Positions 28,499 through 38,400 of a stretch of 64,000 nucleotides of DNA are shown here, one piece after another. Position numbers and translations under genes: made by a program. How positions within the stretch are numbered: position 1 is the stretch's first letter; the number at the start of each line of letters is the position of its first letter. Source of the DNA: a virus. The notes under the pieces are model-generated. The model searched no databases and was not told where the DNA came from. It saw only the letters and a list, made by a program, of their open reading frames with translations. The stretch is taken from IMG/VR virus record IMGVR_UViG_3300027741_000020. One strand, written 5' to 3'.

Positions 28499-30757
28499 AT
28501 GGCAATATTTTATACAGACACAGCGAGTTTTAATTCACTATCAGTTACAGGAAGTACTGTAATGTCGGCATCATCAAACAATCAAGCTCTACAACTTATT
28601 GGGAGTGGTTCTAATATATTTAGTGTAACCGGCAGTGGTGGTGGAATATTTGCTATAAATGATATAGCGGCTACTGATACAACTTTATTTTCAGTTTCAA
28701 CAGGCAGCACTAATATATTTTCAATCGACCAATCTAAAAATATAAGTATATCAGGTTCAATCTTTGTAACGGGCTCAAATAACTTTAATGGCAATACAAC
28801 AATAACAGGATCATTAATTACGTCAGGCGGTTTGGCAACCTTTAGAAATGGTGCAACGATAACAGGATCACTTAATGTATCCAATGGTGTAACCGGTTCT
28901 TTACTCGGCACATCATCATATGCATTAGTAGTACCTGCAACTGGTATAGTAGGAAACATAATAAGAATAGCAACTGGTTCGGTTACAGCTTCAGTTACAA
29001 CAACTGGATTTACAGTAGTGAGTGGTAGTATGACTGAATTATCCGTAACAGGTACAGGTGTTACTATGGGTAATGTTATAACAGATACACATAGAGTAAC
29101 AGGTTCATTAAATGTAACTGGTTCATTAAACGTATCAGGTTCTGCTACATTTAATACAACAGCAAGCGGATCAGGAGTTATTGGTACATCGTTTATCCAA
29201 ACAATATCTCCTACTGGAAGTACTCAAATACTTTACGGGTTAAAATCAGCGATGACAGTTTCTAATCCCAATAGCTTTACTGAAAACTCAAGAGCAATAG
29301 ACGTTTCATTATCACCAGGTCAATTAGTATTTACCAATGCTACTAGCCTTACCAGTTATGCTGCCGGTGGTGGAGACTCACCAACACTCGTAATTAATAG
29401 AACAGCTAGTTCTGGATTTTCTAACTTATATTTTGCCGGTAGTGGAACAAATGGTGCAGGGATACGATGGAATACGGGTGGTGAATTAAGAATACAGTCA
29501 TCCTTTTCTGCCGATAATGGAGCATGTATAACTTTCTTGACCGGTAATATTGAAAGAGCTAGATTTACTTCAGGTAGTACAGGTAATTTTGTAATAGGTA
29601 CTACAGCAGATAACGGATATAGGTTACAAGTATCATCAAGTATATCAGGTTCACTATCAGTAACCGGTGCTGTATCAGCAAGTGCGGCCTTGGCAAGATC
29701 AGTATTAATGACACCTACACTAATAGCATCTGCTAGTAACGATGTATTAGTTGCACAAGATATCTCACCTACATTTACAACTAGTCCATTTTCACCGGTA
29801 AGTACCGTTGCTCTTAGATTACAATCTGGATCTTTAGTAATGGGTACAACAGGAAATGTAGTTAATAGTCAAGCAACCAGTAAACCTAGTATACTTATTA
29901 ATTCTACACAAGGTGTCCATGTTACAAGTAACCTAGCCAGTAATCCACCATCTTTCTACAACGGTAATACTTATGGTTATTCAATAGCTGGAACTGGTTA
30001 TGCTAATGGAGTAGCAGTCTCTATAGCTGGTAACAATGCGAATGATATAATTAACGGAACAGGATTTGGAGTTGCCGTATATAACGGTAATTCAAGTTTT
30101 TGTAGTATTACTACACCTGCAGTAGGTAAAACTGTGTATAACTATGCATCCATTCCAGTATACAACGGTGGAATATATACTAGTAGTGTACAATATGGAT
30201 TCTTTAGTAGACCATATTTCGGTACCGGTACTACTAATACACTTGGTACATTCGTTGATTTTACAACAGATCCTGCAGTTTTACAAGGTACAGTAACAGC
30301 GTCGATAGCAAATAGGTACGGTGTATACTTAAATCATGACGCTAACAGTGTTACTACTGGTAGCTGGGGTGTTTATCAAACAAATGTAAATGTAAAAAAT
30401 TATTTTAACGGTAATACAATAATTGGCGGTACTGCTACCGATAATGGTTATAAATTACAAGTATCACCAGGTCCATCAGGCTCACTATGGGTATCGGGGT
30501 CAGCTGTAATAACAGGTTCTCTATTCATGCCTTCGGGTTCAAATGCGAGAGTAGGTACAGCAACACTGGTAGCAGGTAATACACTAGTAAGCAATACAAC
30601 AGTTACTGCTAACTCATTAATTTATCTAACCACTCAAATAGTAGGAGGAACACCAGGAGCATTATACATAGGTGCTAAATCAGCCGGTACTTCATTTGCA
30701 GTATCATCATCAAACGTAGCCGATACATCAACCTTTGCATACTTTATAATCAACTAA
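28499..30757 (+). CDS. tail fibre / receptor-binding protein
   Basis: Ser/Thr/Gly-rich with [IV]TGSLNV repeats; C-terminal GTATLVAG...TVTANSLIYLT...AGTSF...DTST domain typical of phage fibres. Confidence 0.75.
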   Translation: MAIFYTDTASFNSLSVTGSTVMSASSNNQALQLIGSGSNIFSVTGSGGGIFAINDIAATDTTLFSVSTGSTNIFSIDQSKNISISGSIFVTGSNNFNGNTTITGSLITSGGLATFRNGATITGSLNVSNGVTGSLLGTSSYALVVPATGIVGNIIRIATGSVTASVTTTGFTVVSGSMTELSVTGTGVTMGNVITDTHRVTGSLNVTGSLNVSGSATFNTTASGSGVIGTSFIQTISPTGSTQILYGLKSAMTVSNPNSFTENSRAIDVSLSPGQLVFTNATSLTSYAAGGGDSPTLVINRTASSGFSNLYFAGSGTNGAGIRWNTGGELRIQSSFSADNGACITFLTGNIERARFTSGSTGNFVIGTTADNGYRLQVSSSISGSLSVTGAVSASAALARSVLMTPTLIASASNDVLVAQDISPTFTTSPFSPVSTVALRLQSGSLVMGTTGNVVNSQATSKPSILINSTQGVHVTSNLASNPPSFYNGNTYGYSIAGTGYANGVAVSIAGNNANDIINGTGFGVAVYNGNSSFCSITTPAVGKTVYNYASIPVYNGGIYTSSVQYGFFSRPYFGTGTTNTLGTFVDFTTDPAVLQGTVTASIANRYGVYLNHDANSVTTGSWGVYQTNVNVKNYFNGNTIIGGTATDNGYKLQVSPGPSGSLWVSGSAVITGSLFMPSGSNARVGTATLVAGNTLVSNTTVTANSLIYLTTQIVGGTPGALYIGAKSAGTSFAVSSSNVADTSTFAYFIIN

Positions 30758-30766
30758 AAATATAAT

Positions 30767-30982
30767 ATGAAAGAAATAACAATTACAACAACAAAAGTAA
30801 TAACCAAAATAAAATGGTTTATGACAGGCTATCCAGTGAGTACAATGAGTTACTATGAACTACAGACCGAAAGTGGAGAAGTGGTAAGTAGCGGTACTTT
30901 AAATATACCCCAAGAAGTAATAGATGTATGGGGGATAGACGATAGTGTGATAGAAAACTATATAATAAGTCAAATCAGTTAA
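30767..30982 (+). CDS. small fibre-associated/assembly protein
   Basis: 71 aa directly after the fibre gene; G.LNIP.EV...WG.DD..I pattern. Confidence 0.5.
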   Translation: MKEITITTTKVITKIKWFMTGYPVSTMSYYELQTESGEVVSSGTLNIPQEVIDVWGIDDSVIENYIISQIS

Positions 30983-31074
30983 AATAAAATATAATGTATA
31001 AGCTCCGATTTGGCTATTAATTTAAAAATTTTATAGTATTATACTATATAATTTATGTTTTGATTTTGAATATT

Positions 31075-31082
31075 ATATTTAT
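31075..31082 (+). promoter_or_regulatory. putative late promoter motif ATATTTAT upstream of the tail sheath gene
   Basis: Intergenic, about 33 nt before ATG 31115. Confidence 0.6.
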
Positions 31083-31114
31083 ATTGAGAAATCAAAATTT
31101 AAAAACAATATACA

Positions 31115-33451
31115 ATGGCAGAAAAAATAGTATCACCAGGCGTATTCACAAGAGAAAACGACCTATCATTTTTACAGCAAGGAGTTGCTGCAATTGGCGC
31201 AGCATTCATAGGGCCTTTTAAAGAAGGGCCAATAGTACCAACTATCGTAGAATCGCAAGCAGATTTTCAAACTTTATTCGGAACGGTAGATGATACATAT
31301 TACACACCATTAGCAGTACAATCGTATCTTAAAGAATCTGGAACGGCTACAATATGTAGAGTTTTGGGATTGAATGGATATAGTGCTTCTGTTCCAATTT
31401 TATTATCGGTAACATCTGGTAGTGGAGCTAGTGCATACACTGCTTCTATTGCTGTATTGTTCCCAACATCAAATAATACATTATCAACGGGATTGAGTGG
31501 ATCTAATATATTCGCAACATCTTCAGTAGGAGCTGGTGATTTTAATATAACCATTACCGGATCTAACTCAAATACTTTTTCTGGTTCAACTTCAATTGAT
31601 CCAGATGATCCTAATAATATTATAAATGTATTCGGAAATGACCCGTTAGGACCTAAAGGCGCATATGTATACGCATTCTTTAAAAATATCAAATATAGTG
31701 CTACTAATACGACTGGTAAAATACCTTTCGATGCTTTTAGTTCAGCATCATTTACCCTATTAGGTACACAGCAATTTGCAATGGATGCAAAAGAAGCACG
31801 TACTCCTTACATCCAATCACAATTAATCGCAGGTCAAAGATATAATCTATTTCGTTTTGAAACAATTGGAGCAGGCAACGCAGCAAACACTAAAGTAAAA
31901 ATTGGCATCTCAAATATTAAAAGAGCAGGTTCTGTATCTGGAACTGATTATGGTACGTTTACTATAACTGTTAGAGCATTCGATGATACCAATAAAACAA
32001 AGAGTGTATTAGAAACATATACAAATCTAAACCTTGACCCAACATCGGCAAATTATATTTATAGAGTAATTGGTGATAGATATAAAAGTATCTCAAGCAC
32101 TGGTAAAATTACTGAATATGGTGATTGGGTAAACAATTCAAAATATGTTAGACTTGTTAGTGCATATAGAGATGCATCATTAGATACCTCATTGATACCA
32201 ACACCGGCCGTACCTTATGGACACGCTCCGTATCAATTACCATTTACCATACCATCACCATTAGCAGCAACTATACCTTCGGCATCTATTGTAGCAGCAG
32301 ATTCAACAACTTTTGGTGGTATTGATTTGGATTTTAATGCGGATAATGATATATACCTTGCACCAATACCAAGCACAAACACAGCAGCAACAACGGGTTC
32401 AAACGTAGCAATCACATTAGATACTACATTTAATTACCCACTTACAGGTTCTGCCGCAGCTGATATTGCAGTTAGAAACTTGATTGTAGCATTCCAAGAA
32501 GGATTTGATGGTATGGCGCCAACAATTGTAAAGGCAAAAGGAGCTGATATTGTACCAGGTAATACACAAGGATTTGACCTTACTACATCTACTTCAATGG
32601 GTAGTTTGGCATACGCTAAACATATTAACGCATTATCAAATTCAGACGAATGGGATATTAATATGGTAGTAGCACCTGGTGTTATTAAAAGATTACACAA
32701 TTCAACGGCAACATCTATAATTGATATGGTTGAATATCGTTCTGACGCCTTCTATATTATGGATACAACTGCATACGCAGATACTATCGAACAAGCGACT
32801 ATACAGGCCGCAGCAGTAGATACTAACTACGCAGCAACTTACTATCCTTGGATTAAAACAATTGATGTAAATACTAACAAACTTATATCCGTACCGCCTT
32901 CTGTATTGTTACCTGGCGTTTTCGCAAGCAATGATAGAGTAGCAGCTGAATGGTTCGCACCAGCAGGTTTAAATCGTGGTGGACTTACCGGAGCAGTTAG
33001 TGTATTGAATAGATTAACACACGCTGAAAGAGATACGTTGTATGAAGGAAAGGTAAATCCAATCGCTCAATTCCCTGGAACCGGAATCGTAGTATTTGGA
33101 CAAAAAACGCTTCAAAGTAAAGCATCTGCATTAGATAGAATTAATGTACGCAGACTTTTATTGACTGTTAGAAAATATATCGCATCAACTTCTAAATACT
33201 TAATTTTTGAACAAAATACAGCAACAACTCGTAATAAGTTCATAAACATAGCTAATCCTTACTTAGAGGCTATACAACAAAGACAAGGTTTATACGCTTT
33301 CAAAGTGGTGATGGATGAAACAAATAATACTCCGGATGTAATTGATAGAAACTTCTTAAAAGGTTCAATTTACTTACAACCTACTAAAACGGCGGAATTT
33401 ATCCAAATTGATTTCAACATTTTACCAACCGGAGCATCTTTTGGTGGATAA
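31115..33451 (+). CDS. tail sheath protein (gp18-like)
   Basis: IVSPGVFTRENDLS; WFAPAGLNRG; VNPIAQFPGTG.VVFGQKTL; RINVRRLL; LQPTKTAEFIQIDF. Confidence 0.97.
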   Translation: MAEKIVSPGVFTRENDLSFLQQGVAAIGAAFIGPFKEGPIVPTIVESQADFQTLFGTVDDTYYTPLAVQSYLKESGTATICRVLGLNGYSASVPILLSVTSGSGASAYTASIAVLFPTSNNTLSTGLSGSNIFATSSVGAGDFNITITGSNSNTFSGSTSIDPDDPNNIINVFGNDPLGPKGAYVYAFFKNIKYSATNTTGKIPFDAFSSASFTLLGTQQFAMDAKEARTPYIQSQLIAGQRYNLFRFETIGAGNAANTKVKIGISNIKRAGSVSGTDYGTFTITVRAFDDTNKTKSVLETYTNLNLDPTSANYIYRVIGDRYKSISSTGKITEYGDWVNNSKYVRLVSAYRDASLDTSLIPTPAVPYGHAPYQLPFTIPSPLAATIPSASIVAADSTTFGGIDLDFNADNDIYLAPIPSTNTAATTGSNVAITLDTTFNYPLTGSAAADIAVRNLIVAFQEGFDGMAPTIVKAKGADIVPGNTQGFDLTTSTSMGSLAYAKHINALSNSDEWDINMVVAPGVIKRLHNSTATSIIDMVEYRSDAFYIMDTTAYADTIEQATIQAAAVDTNYAATYYPWIKTIDVNTNKLISVPPSVLLPGVFASNDRVAAEWFAPAGLNRGGLTGAVSVLNRLTHAERDTLYEGKVNPIAQFPGTGIVVFGQKTLQSKASALDRINVRRLLLTVRKYIASTSKYLIFEQNTATTRNKFINIANPYLEAIQQRQGLYAFKVVMDETNNTPDVIDRNFLKGSIYLQPTKTAEFIQIDFNILPTGASFGG

Positions 33452-33463
33452 TTTAAAAAAACA

Positions 33464-33471
33464 ATATTTAT
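33464..33471 (+). promoter_or_regulatory. putative late promoter motif ATATTTAT upstream of the tail tube gene
   Basis: Intergenic, about 28 nt before ATG 33500. Confidence 0.6.
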
Positions 33472-33499
33472 TATTACGAAACAATTAAAATAAAATAAA

Positions 33500-33988
33500 A
33501 TGCCAGATATATTAGGATTTGACCAAATGTTCTATACTAATTTTGAACCGAAATTAGGTAATAGATTTATAATGGAAATAGACGGAATACAATCATATTT
33601 AGTTAAGACCGCTGCTAGACCAACATTTACATCGGAAGTAGTTGAGCTTGACCATATTAACGTAAAAAGAAAAATAAAAGGTAAATCTACATGGGATGAT
33701 GTATCAATCACATTATATGACCCCATTGTACCATCCGGCGCACAGCAAGTGATGGACTGGGTGAGATTATCACATGAATCATTAACAGGTCGTGATGGAT
33801 ACGCAGCTTTCTACAAAAAAGATATTAATTTCTATTTACTTGGACCAGTAGGTGATAAAATAGAGCAATGGACATTAAAAGGAGCATTTATCAGTTCGGC
33901 AAACTTTGGTGAGCTAGATTGGAGTTCAAATGACCCACTTTCAATAGAATTGACACTTACCTACGATTACGCTATATTAGAGTATTAA
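33500..33988 (+). CDS. tail tube protein (gp19-like)
   Basis: FEPKLGNRF, WDDVSITLYDP, YKKDI...LGPVGD.IEQWTLKGAF; follows the sheath gene. Confidence 0.93.
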   Translation: MPDILGFDQMFYTNFEPKLGNRFIMEIDGIQSYLVKTAARPTFTSEVVELDHINVKRKIKGKSTWDDVSITLYDPIVPSGAQQVMDWVRLSHESLTGRDGYAAFYKKDINFYLLGPVGDKIEQWTLKGAFISSANFGELDWSSNDPLSIELTLTYDYAILEY

Positions 33989-34010
33989 TCTATTAAAAAA
34001 CAAAATAATA

Positions 34011-34050
34011 AAAAGGGACGCACTTATGGTGTTGTCCCTTTTCTTTTTTT
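34011..34050 (+). terminator. intrinsic terminator after the tail tube gene
   Basis: aaaagggac (34011-34019) / gtccctttt (34034-34042) stem followed by a T run. Confidence 0.85.
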
Positions 34051-34107
34051 AAAAACATTATATATATTATTAAACACACTATTACAAACTAAAATAAAGT
34101 TATAAAA

Positions 34108-34929
34108 ATGGACGAACAAATCGAACAACAAATTACTAGAGGATTAGGAAAAGCACCCACTCCACCGCAATCACAAAAAACATATCCATTTCCGACTGAA
34201 GTTATATCATTGCCGTCAAAAGGCTTGGTATATCCAGAAAGTAATCCATTATCCAAAGGAGAGCTTACTGTTAAATTAATGACAGCAAAGGAAGAGGATA
34301 TTTTAACATCTGCCAATTTAATTAAAAAAGGTATACAACTTGATAAGCTTTTAGAATCAATTGTAGTTGAGCCTGGTGTTAATATAAACGATTTAGTTAT
34401 TGGCGATAAAAACGCAATACTCATAACAAGTCGTATTCTTGCATTTGGAGCAAATTATGATGTTAAATTAAACGACCCATTTGACGGTGATGAAGTTAAT
34501 ACGGTCATTGATTTATCTAAAATAAAAATCAAAGAAATAGATGAATCATTATTAAATAGAAATAATGAATATGACTTTGTATTACCAATATCAAATACTC
34601 CTATTAAGTTTAAAATTTTAACACACGGTGACGAATTGGTTATTAATAAGGATATTGAAGCTAGTGAGAAAACATTAAAGACGGGTAATGAGATTACAAC
34701 ACGATACAGAAAAATTATTATCGAAGTTGATGGTAATAGAGAGTTCGGAGCAATCAGTAATTTTGTAACAAATCGTTTATTAGCCGGAGATTCAAAAGCA
34801 TTGCGAAAGTATATTAGTAAAATAACTCCTGATTTAGATTTGACATTTGATTATACATCCCCTGTAACTGGTGACACGGAGGCACTTCGTATTCCTTTTG
34901 GAGTGAGCTTTTTTTACCCTACCGACTGA
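34108..34929 (+). CDS. baseplate hub/tail assembly chaperone (gp26-like)
   Basis: LPSKGLVYP...MTAKEEDILT; located between tube and tape measure; ends in a T7 slippery run. Confidence 0.8.
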   Translation: MDEQIEQQITRGLGKAPTPPQSQKTYPFPTEVISLPSKGLVYPESNPLSKGELTVKLMTAKEEDILTSANLIKKGIQLDKLLESIVVEPGVNINDLVIGDKNAILITSRILAFGANYDVKLNDPFDGDEVNTVIDLSKIKIKEIDESLLNRNNEYDFVLPISNTPIKFKILTHGDELVINKDIEASEKTLKTGNEITTRYRKIIIEVDGNREFGAISNFVTNRLLAGDSKALRKYISKITPDLDLTFDYTSPVTGDTEALRIPFGVSFFYPTD

Positions 34930-35134
34930 TTATAGCGTTTATCTTCATAAAAAAATATTTCAAATGGTATATTATTCCAATGGTGGATTCAATTGGAATG
35001 ATGTATACTATATGCCTACAAAACTTCGAGAATTTTATTATCGAGAACTTACAGGTGCTAAGGATGCAGAGAAAAAGCAATTTGATGAATCATCTCGTAA
35101 GTCCAAATCAGCATCAATGGTAAGACGTAAGTAA
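34907..35134 (+). CDS. frameshift extension of the tail chaperone (G-T type), missed by the ORF track
   Basis: The +1 frame opens after TGA 34904-34906 exactly at the T7 run: AFFTLPTDYSVYLHKKIFQMVYYSNGGFNWNDVYYMPTKLREFYYREL...VRRK*; no ATG until well inside. Confidence 0.7.
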   Translation, partial: AFFTLPTDYSVYLHKKIFQMVYYSNGGFNWNDVYYMPTKLREFYYRELTGAKDAEKKQFDESSRKSKSASMVRRK

Positions 35135-35179
35135 TTTAATTTAGTTTGTTTATATTTATGTGTATATAATAATAACACT

Positions 35180-35431
35180 ATGCCCAAACGTAGACTGGTA
35201 GAAGCAAAACTTCTTGATAAAATATTTGACTTTTTTGGTTCAAGTAATCCCGCAAAGAAAGAAAAATTCTTAGATACTGTTAGAAAAACCGATCCCCAAT
35301 TGGCAAACGCATTTGATGGTTGGGAAGATTCTTTTATTGACCTTATGACAAAAGTAAAAAAAATAAAAGAAAAGCGTGGAATGGATACAAGTTATACCGA
35401 TTCTCTTATTAAAAAATATAGAGGATATTAA
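35180..35431 (+). CDS. small hypothetical protein
   Basis: 83-aa ORF with its own ATATTTAT motif (35152-35159). Confidence 0.5.
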   Translation: MPKRRLVEAKLLDKIFDFFGSSNPAKKEKFLDTVRKTDPQLANAFDGWEDSFIDLMTKVKKIKEKRGMDTSYTDSLIKKYRGY

Positions 35432-35452
35432 TCATATTATTTATAGTATACA

Positions 35453-38400
35453 ATGGCAGTAAATAAAAATGAAATAACAGGTCAAGAGCAGTTGAATAAG
35501 TTGTTAAAAGATTATGAAAAAACTCTTAAAACAATAAAAGACCTCAAACGAAATCTTTTTGATGGCGATAAACTACAATCGTCAATGATTACCGAGCAAG
35601 TCAAAAAATCAAAAGATTTAAAGAAGCAGATTGATGAAATAAATAAAGCCATTGATAATCAGGTACAAGATTATGAGGATATGGATGATACTTTAATTAG
35701 TATCGGAAATACAATGAAAAAAAACCAAAAATTAGCACAAATAACAGCTGATAATTTTGGAAAAGTAAAAGATGTATCATTAAGTATAGCTACATTGCTT
35801 AAAGAGGGTGGGGTACAAAATACAAAAACCCAAAAGCAAGTAATAGCTATAAATGATGCATATAAAAACATGCATACATCTATAGCAAAAGCCAATAAAG
35901 AATATGCATTAGGTAGAATATCAAATGAAGATCGTGTAGCACTTATTAAACGTGAAGCAGATGAATTTCAAGACGTAGCTAGTATGATTGATATGAGCAA
36001 AGTATCATCGGAAGAATTACGAGGAGTTATTGGCGGTATGACCAAAGAGGGGGAAATGTTTAGTAAAAGTATGAAGGGAGCTACGGTACAATCAGAAGGA
36101 CTAGATAGAGTGATGGGTAGCTTTAGTGGTATACCAGCAATGGGTGAATTAAATACATTATTAAAAACAAACATAAAAGATACATTAGCATTTAAGGCGG
36201 CAACATTCGCATTAGGTGCCGCATTGGCAAAGGTGGCATATGATTACTTTGGTGCACCGATTGAAGTAGCAATGCAAAATGAGTTTGACATTAGAAAGAA
36301 TCGTATTCAAACTGCTATGGATGTTAAAAAGCTTGAAATAGAAGCACAGTTTATCCCTAGAAAAATAGAAAATGAAAGGCAAAGAAATCAGATTGACACA
36401 GCTAATAATATTAATCAAATCCAAATAGATGGTGCATTTGCCGTACAAAAGGCAATGGTTCAATTTAATTCGCAGTTGAAGCAAGGTGCTGCACAATTTG
36501 AAGCAGCTTCTAAAACCGCATTATTTGGCAAAGGTATTGGTAGTATAGGATATGGTGCAGCTCAAATGCAATTAGCAGGAGTGGGTGCTGAGCAAGTTGC
36601 ATCGGCAATGACCGCAGCAGCTTCTGCAACTGGTAAAATGCCATCATCGGCTGTAGCGGCAGATATGGCAATAATGGCAACAAGGACTGGACAATCCGTT
36701 GATAATATAGCAGAAATAAATGAATACTTCCAGAGAACTGATAAGGTATCTGCAAAAACTGCAATGAATTTACAAGAGGGACTTAGAGCAATGGCAGACC
36801 AAGCACATATTGGACTTGGTAAGTTAATGGAAGAAATTGCACAAAATTCAAAGGATGCACTTTCATATCAAATTAAAAGTGGACCTGCATTAGCAAAGCA
36901 AGTTGCATACGCACAAACTTTGGGGGTCAGTTTTGGCGATATAGCCAAAGCAGGTAAAAATATGGTACTAAATTATAAAGATAGTATCAAATCGGAAATG
37001 CAGCTAAGTACATTATTAGGAAAGCAAGTAGACCTATCAGAGGTTAGAGCTAAGTTTGCATCCGGAGATACGGAAGGCGGCTTGAAAGCATTAAAATCAC
37101 AAGGATTAGACCCCAAAGATATGGATATGTTCCAGCAAGAAGCCTTACAACAAGCTCTTGGTGGATTGGATTTAAGCTCTATATCAAAGGTAGCACAGAA
37201 TACTGGCGCAGCAGTTGGTGGATTGCAAGCAGGAAGCGCAAAAGGTGGCAATCAACAATTTTTAGGAACAAAGCAAGCAGCAGAACAAACATTAGCCGCA
37301 AAAAGTGCACAAATATCAGCAGCTACGGCAATAATTGATGCAAAACTTTCAGGCCAAATAACCGATGCGTATCTAAATTCTCCTGGGTATAAAACGTACC
37401 TAATGGCTCAAAATGATATGGCCAAAAAGGAAGCTGAATTAGCAAATACAATCCAAGCCGCAGTACTAGCAAGTAAAGAATATCAAAAACTTCAGGTCGA
37501 ACAAATAAAAGAGCAGGAGAAATTTGATATAGGTAAAACTTTAAGAGAGGGATTGGTTACTGCAGGTGGTGGTTTATTAACAACCGGAATGAGTAAGATG
37601 TTTGGAAAAAAAGGTGGTGATATTGCAGGAATGATAACTGGTGGTGGAGGCGGAGGCGAAGAAGGTGGCGATGGTGGTGGAGGCGGTGGAGCGGCAGAAG
37701 GGCCTATTGCAAGTGTAGCTGCACAAATTGAAGCAGCAGCTCCGGTATTAGAAAAAGCAAAACCTTTAGGTAAAGGAATAGCAGAATTTGGTAAAGGAAT
37801 AGGTAATTTCTTAAAAAGTGTTGGTAAAGGATTTGGTGCGTTAATTGAAGGTGTACTAACCGGATTAGCAGCTGGATTAAAAGCATTTGCAGACCCTATG
37901 ATATTAGTAGGAGCCGGTATATTAGCAGGTTCTATCACTTTGATAGGAGCAGGAATAGCAGGAGCTGCTTGGATATTGGGTAAAGCATTACCAACATTAG
38001 CAGAAGGATTTATGGCATTCAATGGTATCAATGGTGATAATTTAAAAGATGTGGGGGTAGGAGTTGCTGCATTAGGAGTTGGTATGGCAGCAATGGGAGC
38101 AGGAGCTGTATTATCTGGTATAGGTAATTTAGTTGGTAGTTTATTTGGCGGTGGCATAGAAGATACGATTAAAAAAGTAGAAAAATTTGCAGAAGCAAAT
38201 ATTAACGCTGATAAAGTAAAAAATAATGCAGATGCAATCGTAGCATATTCAAAAGCAATGGCAGCATCTGGATTAGGAAATGCTGCAAGTGGACTTGGTA
38301 ATATGGTTGGTGGTATTGCAAATGGTATTGCAAAATTCTTTGGAGGTGATACCGAATTACCAATAGATAAGATGGCAAAATTTGGAGCTTCGGAAATTGC

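Noticed and set aside
31058-31097. 9-bp inverted repeat enclosing the late motif before the sheath gene
   Set aside because: Arms are almost all A/T, so chance occurrence is likely in this AT-rich intergenic DNA.
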